This document shows, one piece after another, positions 25,756 to 38,877 of a DNA stretch of 64,000 nucleotides (positions are counted from its first letter, which is position 1; the number at the start of each line of letters is the position of its first letter). Made by a program: the position numbers and the translations under genes. The stretch lies in assembly GCA_011109175.1 (NCBI GenBank), contig RDEW01000007.1, positions 1,432,434 through 1,496,433 of the forward strand, given 5' to 3'. This DNA comes from Dicyema japonicum (lineage: Eukaryota > Animalia > Dicyemida). A model generated the notes under the pieces. It was not told the origin of the DNA. It saw only the letters and a list, made by a program, of their open reading frames with translations, and ran no database searches.

Positions 25756-27830
25756 ATGGAATCAGCCTATGAAGGTCAGGCAAATTACGTTGATTGGAAA
25801 AAATTCATAGAAATTAAAGAATGTCCAAAAGTAGAGAATCCTTTTGAATCGACTAATCAATTCGTAGGAGATTCGAATGCTGAAAGAATATTTAGCAAAA
25901 TAAGAAGCAAACATTTAAAAACCGAATTCTGTAGGATAGTTGTGATTATTTATAATTTATAAAGATGGATGATGTCATTAAAAATTTATATAACATCTGG
26001 AACAATTTTTGGGTTAAATTAGGTGCAATTAAGGTCTCACTCGATTTTATTTAGACATTTTTGGAAGAAGAAGTCGTTGTTGAAAGAATAGAGAGACTTC
26101 TAACCACTGTTGTGAACAGGGAAGCCAAAAGTTTTTCCAATCTACTTAAAGGTTATATCCGATTTACTCTCAGAATATGACCAACGGGAGACATTCAAAC
26201 ATGAAACGAATATAGAAAGATTGAAAGTACAAACAATCAGTAATTTAATGAAAAAGTTATAATTTTATCAACTCATTGTAGTTTATCCCATATAAGATGT
26301 ACGCTTTTGTAATTAGCAACCCCCTTTGGAGGACTTTGACCCAATTAAGAGACATGAGATGGTCACTCTATCGTTAAAATCCGAGTTCGAGGATTTCGAG
26401 AAAATTCATGACTCTACCAGATGTGAAGGAAAAGTCTATCATTTGTCTACCAGAAAAACAATTAGTGAAACAAGAAACTTTTCTCCAACAAAATTATTTT
26501 TCAGAACAAAAAAAACAAGAAAATACTATAAAATTTTCAGAATCTTCAATGTGCCCCCTCCTGACGGTAAAGTCCCCCGTTACAATGTAGTACCAATCGC
26601 CTTCCTCTCAACTACCTACAAAAGTAAGAGAGGTCATTCCAGAAGATCACTCAAAGCATCTGTGGACTGTACCGAGATCCAGATGCGTAAATTTTGAAAT
26701 AAAAGACAAAAAAGTTATTATTAATGCCAATGACGTCATAGCTAATTCATGAGGATAATTACAATTATATCTTTGACTCTCAACCTATTGAGCCTGAATT
26801 TACCCCTCATGATGCTGAGTTTCTTGATCCACTTTTCTTAAAAAAGGTTGTGTCCTTTGTTATTATCAGCTAAAGGGGGATTTGATTGATATTCTCTCGA
26901 ATGAGCAGGTCTACAGTCACCAGCAGGGCATAGTTTATCAAAGTCTGTCCAAATATTTGACTAACGACTACCTGAGCTTAAATAATGTACATTTTGTCAT
27001 CATCTTAGGATATTATGTATGGAGGACCAGCCTCGTTGGACGATGTAGACCTCAATGAACTCCATCCAGAGATAGAGAAGATCATCACAAAGTATATTAT
27101 GAATTTAAAAAATCCAGACAACCAGAAGTGAGTCTTTCGGAGAAAGTAGCTGCATATTCACACAAAGGCAATAAAAAACAAATCTTTAGAAAATCAAAAT
27201 AGTAAAAAAGTTACTAACAACTTATTTCTGATTCCCGAGTTCCAGAATGAACTGGTTATAACAAATTTATTGATTTTAGAGGGAAATTGTGCAGAAACGA
27301 CTGGATAAAGTAGTGGAAGCCTTAAAACTGGCTGATAATAAAGCACAAGAAATTCTTTTCAAATTCGCAAATTGTCAAAATGAGGAATTGACATGTGTAT
27401 ATCGACATTCTATTTAGCTATTATACGACATGGAGTTGGCTGTGAGGGCTGTTTATGAACGGGAAGCCCAACTCAGTAGTTTAGCTTACTTTGAGTGGAA
27501 AGCCTCAGACCCAGGTCGACTATTTGATCCTGGTTACTTGAATTATTGAGTATTTAAGCAAACCGGCCTCTAAGAAAAACAGAAGAGCACAAGAGAGAAT
27601 CCTTAAATAAAGAAATGGACCGTTTAGAGGGAGAAGTAAAAAAATAATATGTAAAATAAAAAACAAATACAATATTGATGTAATCTACAGAGTAGTATTT
27701 GTGGTTATTACAGACTTGTTTGTATTCAGAGAAGATGCAATATGACAGAAAAGAAATGCTTTTTTGGATGCAGGAGGAAAGAAAGCGACAGTGTTTAAAA
27801 ATTGGTGGTAATTAATAATCACCATTATTT
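25756..27830 (+). CDS. Divergent PRC1/MAP65/Ase1-like microtubule-bundling protein, multi-exon, tentative
   Basis: Spliced (26-nt intron) FEWKASDPGRLFDP|ANRPLRKTEEHKRESLNKEMDRLEGEV resembles the PRC1 'ERKASDPNR...LLKEEKQR..L.K.L..LE' motif. Helical exons with micro-introns lie upstream. A degraded LINE-like stretch occupies about 26330-26700. Confidence 0.45.
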
Positions 27831-28479
27831 CAAATACAATTAATTATATTTTTTATCACTAACAATATAATTAATAAATTAAATAAATTAATAATTAAAT
27901 TACCGGGGTTAATAAATTAATAAATTAAATTAATTACCCCATGGTTAAGATATCTTTTTTTGTTCCTTCTTTTCACTTATTCTAATGGAATAGCCTTCTA
28001 CAATGCTAAGATAACGCCCAGTGTCGGGGTGACATGAAAAGGAATCGTTTCTTAACAGAATAACCCATCCATAAAACAAAGTAAGTAGTATGCGCGATCG
28101 ATCCCTAGATATGTCCAAATCTGTCATTTTATTTAATAATACCTTACTTTAACAATATTTGACGTCTTGAGTTTATTACTTATTCCTTCTGACGCGTTCT
28201 AACATAATCTTTACCCAAAAATCCAGAGGAGCTAAGGAATCTTTTTGAGGTTCTCCAAAATACATCAGTATAAGGGTTTAGAGTAGAAATAAAGTTATTC
28301 CATTAAGTTCATGTCGTCATACGCTTATTGATTTTAGAAAGATATTTTACCCCCATTGATTTGATCTTCCCGCGTTTTTTAAAAGATTAATAATTTCATG
28401 GGAAGTAACGATTAACGATAAAGTCACTGGAAAACATTTATTGTCATCAGCAATTAGACAGTTTGTGAAGATTTCGACA

Positions 28480-30375
28480 GCATCATCAAGAGCTCGAAAC
28501 GGAACACTCTGTGCGAAGACCTAGACGATTAGGGATTAACACTGTCCAGAACAATCAAGCTAACATTAAACATCGAAGACTAGCTACAGAGGAACTGATA
28601 AATAACATCGTGCAACGGAGAAAATTTCAAGACAACATCAAACAACACACATCACAACTGAATATAGAAGAAAGACATTCTCCTGGAAAAGTTGGTCGAG
28701 GCCGTTAAACAAGCCGCGACGGATACTATCAGCTACAGAAACATCCACTCAAACAATTATGATTCAAAACTAAGAGAAATGTCAGAGCAACAAAGAAACA
28801 TCCCCCTAAGAATTGAAAATTGCTGTCTGAACAATAAAAGAGAACTATGAAGTCAATGAAACAGAGTCCTTCATGAAATAAAAGTCCGGGCACGTCTATT
28901 ATGAACGAAATACATAGAGAAGAAGGATACCGAAATTGAAATGCTCTTACCAGAAAGTCAAAAGTTCATGGCTATGCGGCTACTTAATCGGGGTTCACGA
29001 AATTCCAAAATATATATGTGACGACACCTAATATTGGTTGATGGGGACAAAGCCTTACGAATCACTTTCAGAAACAATTCCAAACAGATGATACCCATGC
29101 ACCCACATTTATTGGGCATCCGCGGAGCTTGTCAAACGAAATAACACATTCGGAGGACTTAGAAGCATTCCACCATATGAACAACAACAGAGCTGCAGGA
29201 TGTGATGGAGTCCCAGAGGGAATTAGTCAAATACGCTACCGATAGTCTGGCGAGGTTTTTGCAGAAATAATGAACAAGTCTTTTGCATCAAAATTGCCCG
29301 CTTCCAATCAGGACCGGAATATTAATACCCGTTCATAAACCGGACAATAGACGGGGACTTTTCGGAAGCTTGAGACCTACTGTGTAGTCACCACTCTAAG
29401 GAAAACTCTAATGTTCGAGGATGTTGGTAGATCGATATCTCTCTTGAGGCCAAAGTGGTTGTAGGCCTGGAAGATTCACGGCTGATGTTGCCATCGCTGG
29501 ATCACTGCAATATGTCAGAAGTACAAACGATCCTTTCATATCCTGAGAATCGACATGAGCAAGGCGTTTGACAGCATCAACAGGAGTAAACTACTAACTT
29601 TGTTGAAAGACGTTGTCGACAAAGACAGTCTGCGCATGATATATATGCTATTATCTGCAACTGAAATACTCATCAGAGTTGGCACTAAGGAGTCTAGACC
29701 TTCTTCTACCAATGTTGGAACCCCACAAGGGGACAATCTATCTCCTGTATTATTTATCATCTACCTGCTCTGAGAGATCTAAGGGAACAAATTGGATCTC
29801 TAGACAATCACTTTATGGAATTCATTTACGCGGATGACGTCGATTTCGTCGCTGAAGAGCGGGAATTTATAGAAGTTATTATGGAGAAAGCGAAAACAAA
29901 TTTGAGTAAATGGTCCCTCAAAATCATTGAAGACAAAACTGAAATGAGAAAACTCCTTGGACCAATTGAGAAAACTCCTTGGATACTCTTGGCCAAAGAA
30001 AATCTCAAACAATAAATTATACAAACTGACTGATTGTGGTCCAATAATTCTAAACGTACTTGAAGCACGCTGGCCCCTTTTTGGACATATTCTATGGATG
30101 GGTGAACAAAAACATGCAATGCTACCATGGAAGAATTTTTCGGCCATAAGTATCTCCTGCATTCAGAGGACGTCCAAGAAGTTGTCTTCCAAGGACACTC
30201 GGGGAGGATTACGCAGTGATCAGGGGCCGACTGATAGATGCGGACGATCTGGACGAAAACAGGAAACGACAACGAAAAGGATGAATAAGACTAAAGAAAA
30301 GAATAATCGAAAAACATGGCACAAGGGAAACCATAAACAGTGTTTACTGGTAACGCGAACTAACTATTATTATTT
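28480..30375 (+). mobile_element. Degraded RTE-like LINE
   Basis: MSKAFDSINR, GTPQGDNLSPVLFIIYL, IYADDVDF and RWPLFGHIL in broken frames; same family as 17670-20650. Confidence 0.85.
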
Positions 30376-30384
30376 TTGATTGTT

Positions 30385-30650
30385 CACAGATTAACGGGAA
30401 ATCGATTGCTACCAGTACAAAACGGTAGCGGTCTCCTATTTCGCAATATTTTTTAATCTTGATTTTCTCGGCCAGATCGACTGCCGATCCAGCAGACTGC
30501 GCCAAGCTGAGCATCATCGAGTTCGAGAAAAAGTCCACAACAGTGCAGTCCCATACGAGCGATTTTCCCTCAGTGAACGGAAAGATAGTTAACCCATCCG
30601 GTCTTCTCATTGTTATTGTTTTGAAGAATTTCAAGAAGTTTGTCATTTTC
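30385..30650 (-). mobile_element. CRE-like endonuclease fragment
   Basis: RRPDGLTIFPFTEGKSLVWDCTVVD...KKYCEIGDRYRFVLVAID. Confidence 0.8.
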
Positions 30651-31135
30651 AGAGTACGTAAAGTCTACAAACTCTTCTTCTTGAATGGGATCCGAAATCA
30701 TTAATTTATCAATAATTTGTTCAAAATTCTTTATTTTTGGTCTCCCTTGGTAAGTTCTTCCATGCTTTTTTCCCATTTGGCGTGCTGAAAACATTTTGAT
30801 ATTGTATCCACTGACACATTTTCCCAGGCAAGATGAGAAAATAAGACTCCATCCTTTAGCGTTAATTTTTTATAACATTCAATATTTTCTTCACTATAAT
30901 TTATTTTTTTTATTATATGTTTAAATTTATTTTAATGGGATTTGAATGATCTAATAATCTCTTGATCCATTGGTTAAAGCACAGTCGTCATGTTTTTTGG
31001 TAAATATATAACTTCTATCATACTTAATTCGATTGTGATAATTTTTGTTCTAGTGGTGGTGTGTATGTCTGTTTTCACCAGTTTGCAAACAAATCCTGAG
31101 GACCGTCTTACAGAGAATATTGAAGATAGAAACCA

Positions 31136-33303
31136 ATGAGAATTGTGTCTTCAGGACTACATGATGCCAATGGAACTAGCATACGATCTCCTGTGGGAAA
31201 TGTTCCTGCACATCTGCTGTTCCTCAAAGCATTAATCACTGAGAGTCGATCAGGTGACAGGATCATTGGATCTCAATGGTTGTCAACTCTGCGAAATGGA
31301 GATTCGAAAGAATCTCGGGGTGGATGGAGTCTCATCGTCCAGCAATTCAATGCTCGTTTCTCCACTCATAAAAGTACACTCGGCGTTAGAAAACTATTGA
31401 ATGTAAAGCCTAATAAAAAGACGCCCGTGGACAAGAAATGTCAAGATGCTTTAATCGGATCAGGAGGCTCAGAGAACAACTTACCAAAAACAGAAATTTC
31501 CATGTATGGAAGATGCAAGGAGACTCACTCTCTCCCCAGCTGTTTACTCTGGCAATGGACCCCCGAATATTAAATATTAAATTCCCGAAGATATGTATTG
31601 ATCAGAGTGATCCGTCTATTGTGACATAGCGACTAACCATTTTCTTTTTATTGACGACCTGAAAATAATTGCCGAATATGAAAATAATATTCTAAAAATG
31701 ATGGAGGATATTGATGAATATCTGGGTGTTGTTGGCCTTAAAGGAAACTGCGAAAAGTCTGCAACTAATCTGAAATGTGCCAAAGATACAAGTTATCTGG
31801 ATGGTTATGAGGGATATCGGTATCTTGTAGTGTTAGAAGATAAAGGGAGTAAGGTTATGAAAGACAAAGTTATGGAAAAAATTGCTGAAAATGTGAAGAA
31901 AAGGATAGAGATGCTGGCGAATTAGAAATTAAGCGCTGTATTTTATTAAACCGATAAATGAATACGCACTCTCGCTATATAATTATTATACTGGGCTTAT
32001 CGACATTGAACCACGTGAATTCGAAGCTATTGATTTAGAAATCCGGCGTATACTCTCTAACTTACGAGTGCACTTAAAACCTGCTAACAAAGAAAGAATA
32101 TATCTCAGCAGGAATAGTTTTGGACGTGGATTAACCTCTATTTCTGATAAGAGTGAAAGCATGTTATTTCAATTTTTGACCGACCTTGAGAGGAATTCTT
32201 CCATGTGTCTTCGAAGGAATCTTGCGGGTCTTAAAACAAAGGAAAACACATATGACCACTATCGTAAGATTCATTTCTCTCAAATACAATGTGGATGACC
32301 TATCTAATTTGAACACTGAATATAAAAGAATATCAAAAGTAGAATTATTTGTAGAAGACTAATCAGAAATTGCTTCATTCAATTATTTAAATGTTTTGAA
32401 AATACGAATGTCGATGTCAATATATCAACAGAATGGCTTACTGGGAGAAACAATAGTCCAAGGTCGGAAGCAATGTACTGCATGATACAGGTCCAGAATC
32501 TGTTCTTTGAAAAGATGAAAGCAAATTGCAGTCATTGTGGTATGGCTAAAAAAGTGTAGATCACCTGGCTACACGTGTACCAGGATGCTTAGCGGTATAT
32601 GGGCGACATAACGAAGTTGTAAGATAAATACAACTACAACTGTGTCGTCAATTTGGAATTAAATGAACTAAGATGGTAAGGACGCATACAGTACAATCGA
32701 TTATTTCAAACAGTAAAGTTGAAATACGAGTGGATACAACACTACAAACGGATATACAAGTTAAAAATAACAAACCTGATATTTTCGTACACGATGAATC
32801 CAAAACGAAATAATACTAATAGAAGGATCACTTCCCAAGATTTGCTAAAACATGTTGAAGTGGAATAACTCCACAAATACGACCTTCTGGCAAGAGAACT
32901 AGCACAAATTCACAAGGCCAATGTGACAATAATTCCGATTGTTTTGACATGGGATGGAGTAGCAACAAAGTACTACAAGTCCTATATGGAAAGATTCAAC
33001 GTGGATGTCTCTACAAGGGCGTACATTCAATCAATGACGATTAAAAAAACTTTAGAGAGCATGATAATCGAGCATAGACATGGGCTGAAAATTGATAACT
33101 ATGATGATGAGGTTACAAGAGTGACTAATCATCTTATCTCAAGAGGCTCTGAACTCGGATGTGACATAGAAGAGGAACCAAGAAAACAGCTGTCTTTTCT
33201 AGTGTATTTGCTTTCTCAAGTGGTATACGAGGGAACAGTGAGGGTGATACAAAGGGCCAATGCCCAAAGAGGAGGAGAATTCAGCTTGCATAGTGTGAAT
33301 TAA
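31136..33303 (+). mobile_element. R4/Dong-like non-LTR retrotransposon (RT, CCHC knuckle, RLE), degraded
   Basis: QGDSLSPQLFTLAMDP, FIDDL, FGRGL, CSHCG...DHLAT, RHNEVV, NNKPDI, KYDLLAREL and IPIVLTWDG motifs. Confidence 0.8.
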
Positions 33304-33329
33304 TTAAAATTGATTTTCTTTGGTCTTTA

Positions 33330-34150
33330 CTTAATTCGATTGCTATTTTATGAGGACACTGGTCTACAACCAAAAGTATCCTTCTTTGTTTTTGTTTGAG
33401 ATTCATGTCCTATTTATACAACCATTCGTTGAAAACTTACATGTTCATCCAAGCCTCTGAAGGATTATTTATCAACGTTCATGTTTTAGAAACACCTTGG
33501 TTTCTTATACTTTCCGATCATCAACGGGGTTCTTTTATCAAATCCAGTCATATTTGCGCAAAGCATTAATGAAAATCTGAAGATTAGCTAAACAATTTAA
33601 ACCGATCTTTAAGTAATTTCTGTCCTGATCTGCGTCTCCTGCATACACTTTTTGAAAGAATAGTCTTGTAAAATACGCCGGTTTCGTCAGCATTATAAAC
33701 ATTTTCGGGACCATATTCATTTATTTTTGAAAAGATAATTTTTTCAAGTCCTCAATTTCTATTTTGAACTCATCCGCAGTATATCCCAATTCACCATGAA
33801 AAATTCGTAATTTTACATTGTGCCTTTTTAAAATTTTTCCAGCCATCCTTTACTGGATTTGAATTCAGAGTCCATTTAATCAGCAAATTCAGTTGCTTTC
33901 GATAAAATTCTCATTATTGAGGAGAACTCCAATTGATTCCATGTAATCCACCCAGGTGATGATTTCAGTATCAATTGATGAATATCTGAGTTTCGAAAAA
34001 CGAGAACTTGTCCCATAAATTGGATTAATTTCAAGAATATTCTCTTTATTCAATTTAAGATCGTTTATTGCACGTCTCGATATTAATTTTTTGAAACGCG
34101 TTAAAAAATTCTGAGACACGCCTTAAACTTAGAGAAGAGTTATTAATAGG
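33330..34150 (-). mobile_element. pogo/Tigger-like DDE transposase remnant
   Basis: Across frameshifts it reads NVYNADETGVFYK...MIGKYKKPRCF...AWMN, the pogo DDE_1 signature. Confidence 0.7.
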
Positions 34151-34218
34151 ATGATTTTTTTTTTTGATCATAAAATAATCTAGAACACTTCCTCATGTTA
34201 CGAAAAAAGACACGTGGC

Positions 34219-34535
34219 ATAATAATAACAGCCTTTTTCACGGAGCCGTGGTATTAGCTCTGCATAGGCAGGACACACACTTTATTTAAGAAAGAACAGT
34301 TAATCTTAACTAATCGTAGAACCAAGGAATGGTCTTCACTTTTATTTTCTTCTTGTGTGTGGGTCCTTCTTTGACAATCCAGTTCCGCAGTGAGAGTCTA
34401 CTGATGACGGAGTCACTCGTCAAGCCTTTTTAGCGTCGTAGATGCGTGGAACCTTCCACCAGGTGAACAGCAGCGAGAATCGAACCCTTAACCCAAGTCA
34501 CTTTAGCCCGACACCTAACCACTATGCCACCCGGC
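34219..34535 (-). mobile_element. Full-length tRNA-headed SINE, about 317 bp
   Basis: Minus strand: A-box TGGCATAGTGG, B-box GGTTCGATTC, core GAAGGTTCCACGCATC...GAGTGACTCCGTCATCA and a (TTA)n tail. Related copies at 21646, 45421 and 48262. Confidence 0.85.
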
Positions 34536-35299
34536 ATAAATATTTAAAAAATTATTTTTTTAAAATAATAAATTTTAATTTTTTAATACTAAAACGTGGC
34601 GAGTAAGAGAATTTGGCGAGCAATGGAATTTCCTTAGTAAAATTGGAATTTTTTCCAAAAAATTGCGAGTTATAGAAATGGCGAACAACAGAGGGTAAAC
34701 TAGATTTTGTGTTTAAAATGTCCTTAAAATCATCCGCTCTAGTGATTATGCAACGAAATGAGGTGCCTTCGTTTAAATTTGTTTTCAAAACATGAAATTA
34801 ACGATTCAAAAAAACTGAAGACTCACTCTGTCCAGTCAATTGTAACAACAAGTCGAGTTGATATTATTGACTGATGTTAAAATACAGTATAGCAAGCCGG
34901 AAATTTTTGTTTTGGATAAATGGGATTTCTCTAATAGAGGTTGGAATCACTTCTCAGATATTAAAGGTAGTTGAGATGAAAAAACTCACAAATACGACTT
35001 GAGAAGGAGAGTTGTCTCAAATATATATAAAGTTAGTATTATTCCTATCGTTTTGAATTGGGGAGGAATATATTCACTCTGTCACGTGGACTCTTGAAAG
35101 TATGTTAGTAGAGCATAGGCACGGCTAGATTTTCGAGTGTTGGTGGTTATGTTATTCATTACCTCCAACGAAAGTCTTTTGAATGATAAGAGGAAGATGG
35201 TGATTGTGTAAGTAGTTGGTAGTGGCTCCAATCCAAGGAAATTGGAGAGAAGAGGACATCATTTCTAATTTAGTGATTTATATCTTTGTTGTGAATGAC

Positions 35300-36201
35300 T
35301 ATTGACTACGAAACGAAATTGACACTCCTACGTGCCTCGAGATCTTACGGAGGTGCAGGTATCGACAGTGATCACAATGTAGTCTTTGCCGAGTTCACAA
35401 TAAGGACATCAATTGACCTAAGATAAAGAGATCCAAACGTAGATGTAAGAAGCTACAAAATAAAACAACTGTGTTTCTCTGCATCGATCAGAGACAATTA
35501 CCAAATATCAATTACGAGATTCCTCCTATACTTGGATGCAGGACTTTTTCCAAGAGGCTCCTAAGCGGAGACAATGAAAAGGATCTTTTCGCTACCAAAT
35601 GAGAGTATTGGAACTTAAGCACTATGTAAAAAATAAATACATCCATATGTCCCAGCCCTCCTCAAGAACAAATGGAACTAAGGCTAACTTGAAAATACGT
35701 TTGTCCAAACAGGAAACAAATCTTGAAGTCTAGAAGAACATCCACTCAGAAAACCACTAAGCTTTTGAATAAAAAGCACGCCATTAACTTCCTTGATCTA
35801 AGAGTTACAGAAGTTGAAAAACTCAAGACTCATCAAAAATTTTACTGTAATTCGCCTGCTCAACAGAAAAAAACAAACAAACTCAAATCCATGACGGGAA
35901 TGAAGATTCTTAACAGGCTGAATATATTTCGTCGTATTTCGAGGGTACATTAACTGTTCACGGACAAATATCTGATCATACTTGAGGATATGCCACCCAA
36001 CTCGATAAAGCTATCAACACCAAGCGAAATCTCAAATGGAATGGTCAAACTTAAGAAATGGTCGCTCCCCTGGACCGGATGGAATCAATTCAGAACTTTT
36101 CAAATATGGGGCACCTGCACTAACAGACAAACTGGCAGAACTACTTAACGCTATGTTTAGAAAAAAAGAATATCTCGCTCTTGGATCCAGACCATTATTA
36201 C
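35300..36201 (+). mobile_element. RTE-like LINE, 5' part (split by a hAT insertion)
   Basis: SDHNVV (APE end) and GRSPGPDGINSELFKYG. The frame continues at 38384 as LLPIQKP...NLRPIILLN. Confidence 0.75.
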
Positions 36202-38383
36202 TACAGGGCAATTTAAGTGCTAAAATGCTATTTTTATACTTATTTTAATATAAAATTGAATTTGAATAATTATTTTTTAATTTTGTTAAAAAAGAACATA
36301 CATTATAAATGCTATAAGTGTTTTTTTTAATTTTAAATGCTAATTTTTTTTTAAAATGCTAATTTAAATTGCATTTAAAAAATCATTTTAAATATCACCC
36401 ATAAATGATAATAAAATAATTTAAATAAAATAATTTAGCACACTATATAGTATTTTTAGTGATGCCAAACCTAAGTGTTCGTTGCTTACGAAAGCTAAGC
36501 GTATAGTCTCGGAATTCAAATATGAGTTCTGTATTGCTGACGATGGCCTTCTATTTGTTCTCTTTGTTTATCCAAAGTCATCTGTTCAAAAAATTTTCAG
36601 TTGATTCTCATCGTTCTCTTTAAAACATCAGAACAATATTCGTATAAATTTGTTAATACAATTGTAGGTCATTCATGTAATTCAGTTCAAACAGCATTAA
36701 CTGAATCAATCCAAGTCAAGCAAACATCCCGTTGTACAAATTAAATAACGATTCGATCAAAAAATGTTTAAAACATTTAAAATTAACATTCCGTCCGAAT
36801 TTTTGTGCAGAACTACGTTCAAGTTTCTTGCAGAAAAAAGATAAATGAGTTGACAAAATTATTAACGTATTAAAATTATTTTTAACTTTAGAAACGAAAA
36901 GATTTTTATAATAATTGATGAAACAGATATCCGAAGGAAAAGTTTTGTAGTGATTCTAATTGGGAGAATTCGCTTCCAACAAAATCCTATTTGGTTGAAT
37001 GCAAAACACTGGAAAATCATGCCACTGCTGCTATCATCTGCCAATTAATAGATGACGTCATTAGAGAAATGAAGATTATTCGTGACAATTTTTATCTACT
37101 AATTTCAGATTTTTTTTTTAAAAAACTTTATTAATATTTTAAAATGAATAAATTAAATTAAGGCATCTGAATGGCCATGCTATTTCCCCTAACAATAGCC
37201 AACGAGATACGTTCTCGGAACCAACCAGTCTCTCGCGGATCCTTGGTCACAGCTTGAATCATGGAGCCGATCTTACGAACCAACTCATCTGCTTGGGGGC
37301 CAAGGATTCCTGACGTTTCCACCGCGAATGGAACAAAAAGATACTCCTCCGAAATTCTCTGGTACTTCCTCCCCTCGGCCTGCTTTGAAGCATGTCCTGG
37401 GTCTGAAGCAGAAGCAACCAAATTAGACGGGGAATAAGTATCAATTTCAAATGCCGCTCTTTATATGATTTCTGGTGATATAAATTTATTTAAATAAATA
37501 GGTGGTAAAACATTAATGGTCATGTATAACAACATGCATCATGTGACTTGTGTTTCTCATTTGTTACACAATACGGTTTTACGTATAAAGTGTGCATATC
37601 CGGAAATAGATGGCTTAATTGCAAGTATTAAAGCTGGTACAGTAAAAAACCGAAAACATCGTAATTTGTTCAAAGATGTTGGATACTCACCTGATGTGGT
37701 AATTACTAGGTATTCTTTTGCTTAATTTATGCAGATGGAGAAGTTGGTTTCAAGCAGTGAAATATTATTCCACGAATTCTGAAATAATTTTTGAAATTGT
37801 TAACGCATTACAGGCAGACCGAGTTTTAGTATCAAATGCTAAACACCATGTCAACAATCCGGATATTAAGTTTCAATTAACAGAAATCATATTAAATTAT
37901 TCGCAATAGTAGATCTTAAACTTTTGGAGTGTTGTGAGTACTCAATCAATCGGGCATATTATGATATACAAAGACTACATTTTGATAATAGCAAGGCAAT
38001 ATCAAAAATTATAAAAATAAAAGAATGGAGGCAAATAGATTTAAACCTATTATTGAAATGAATGAACCAAAAATTAGCCAACAAGATTATTTTTCTCTTA
38101 CACGCTGTCAGGCATCCTCTGCATCTGTAGAAAGAGCTATTAAAATGCTAAAAAATATTTTAAAAAAGGATAGGAACTTCCATCCAGACAATATAAAGCA
38201 TTACCTTTTATTATATTACAATAAAATTTAAATGTTATATTTTATTATTTTAAGTTATAGATTTTACAATTTTAAATGCTAGATTTTATCATTTTAAGTG
38301 CTAATTTTTATAATTATGATTGCTAGATTTTGTGATTTTTTAGCGCTAAAAATTTTTTTAACTGCTAGAAACAACTTGCCCTA
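36202..38383 (+). mobile_element. hAT-like DNA transposon with an intron-containing, disrupted transposase
   Basis: 8-bp TSD ATTATTAC (36194-36201 and 38384-38391); imperfect termini TA(CA)GGGCAA...TTGCCCTA. Motifs LLISDAALYM, HVTCVSHLLH, VITR|WRSW and SASVERAIKMLKNIL (hAT dimerisation region). Confidence 0.85.
37111..37442 (-). mobile_element. 5'-truncated CRE-like LINE with poly(A) tail inside the hAT transposase
   Basis: FVPFAVETSGILGP...FRERISLAIVRGNS, poly(T) on the + strand at 37110-37119, and a 10-bp near-TSD AATTTCA(G/A)AT. Confidence 0.85.
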
Positions 38384-38680
38384 ATTATTACCAATACAAA
38401 AACCTAACAAGCATGCTGGGCCTGTTGAAAACCTACGTCCAATAATTTTGCTAAACATCTTACAGAAACTTCTAGCATTAGTTACGTTGAACCGAATCAG
38501 AGAACAAGTGACAACTATCTATCCCCTAGTCACTAGGATTTAGGACAAGAAGATCAACTGCGGATGTAGTATGGGACCACAAGTGGCACTGCGCTATCAA
38601 CTAGATATTTCAAAGTGCAGCAACAGTCCTGAGAATAGACCTCTCTAGGGCCTTTAACACGGTCCTCCGTCATTCTAGGA
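38384..38680 (+). mobile_element. RTE-like LINE, continuation after the hAT insertion
   Basis: LLPIQKPNKHAGPVENLRPIILLN, RSTADVVWDHKW and IDLSRAF. Confidence 0.75.
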
Positions 38681-38877
38681 TCTTGCTTCCGCCCTACAAA
38701 CTTAGCGATCAGCCTGATAAACTTTGCTGTACTGTGGCAAAGTTTATTTAATAATGTGTTTGTCTATCTTGGAAGCAGATCACTGAACCTGCTGAACTGT
38801 ATCAATCACCTCTCACAATTCAATTCTGAGAGCTGACAGCCTGGCTGAAATGAGCTTCTAGTAGTTGTTAACTGTTT

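Noticed and set aside
34460-34535. Functional tRNA genes here and at 45470-45544
   Set aside because: A and B boxes are present, but I could not fold a proper acceptor or anticodon stem, and both run into a shared repeat body. They are SINE heads.
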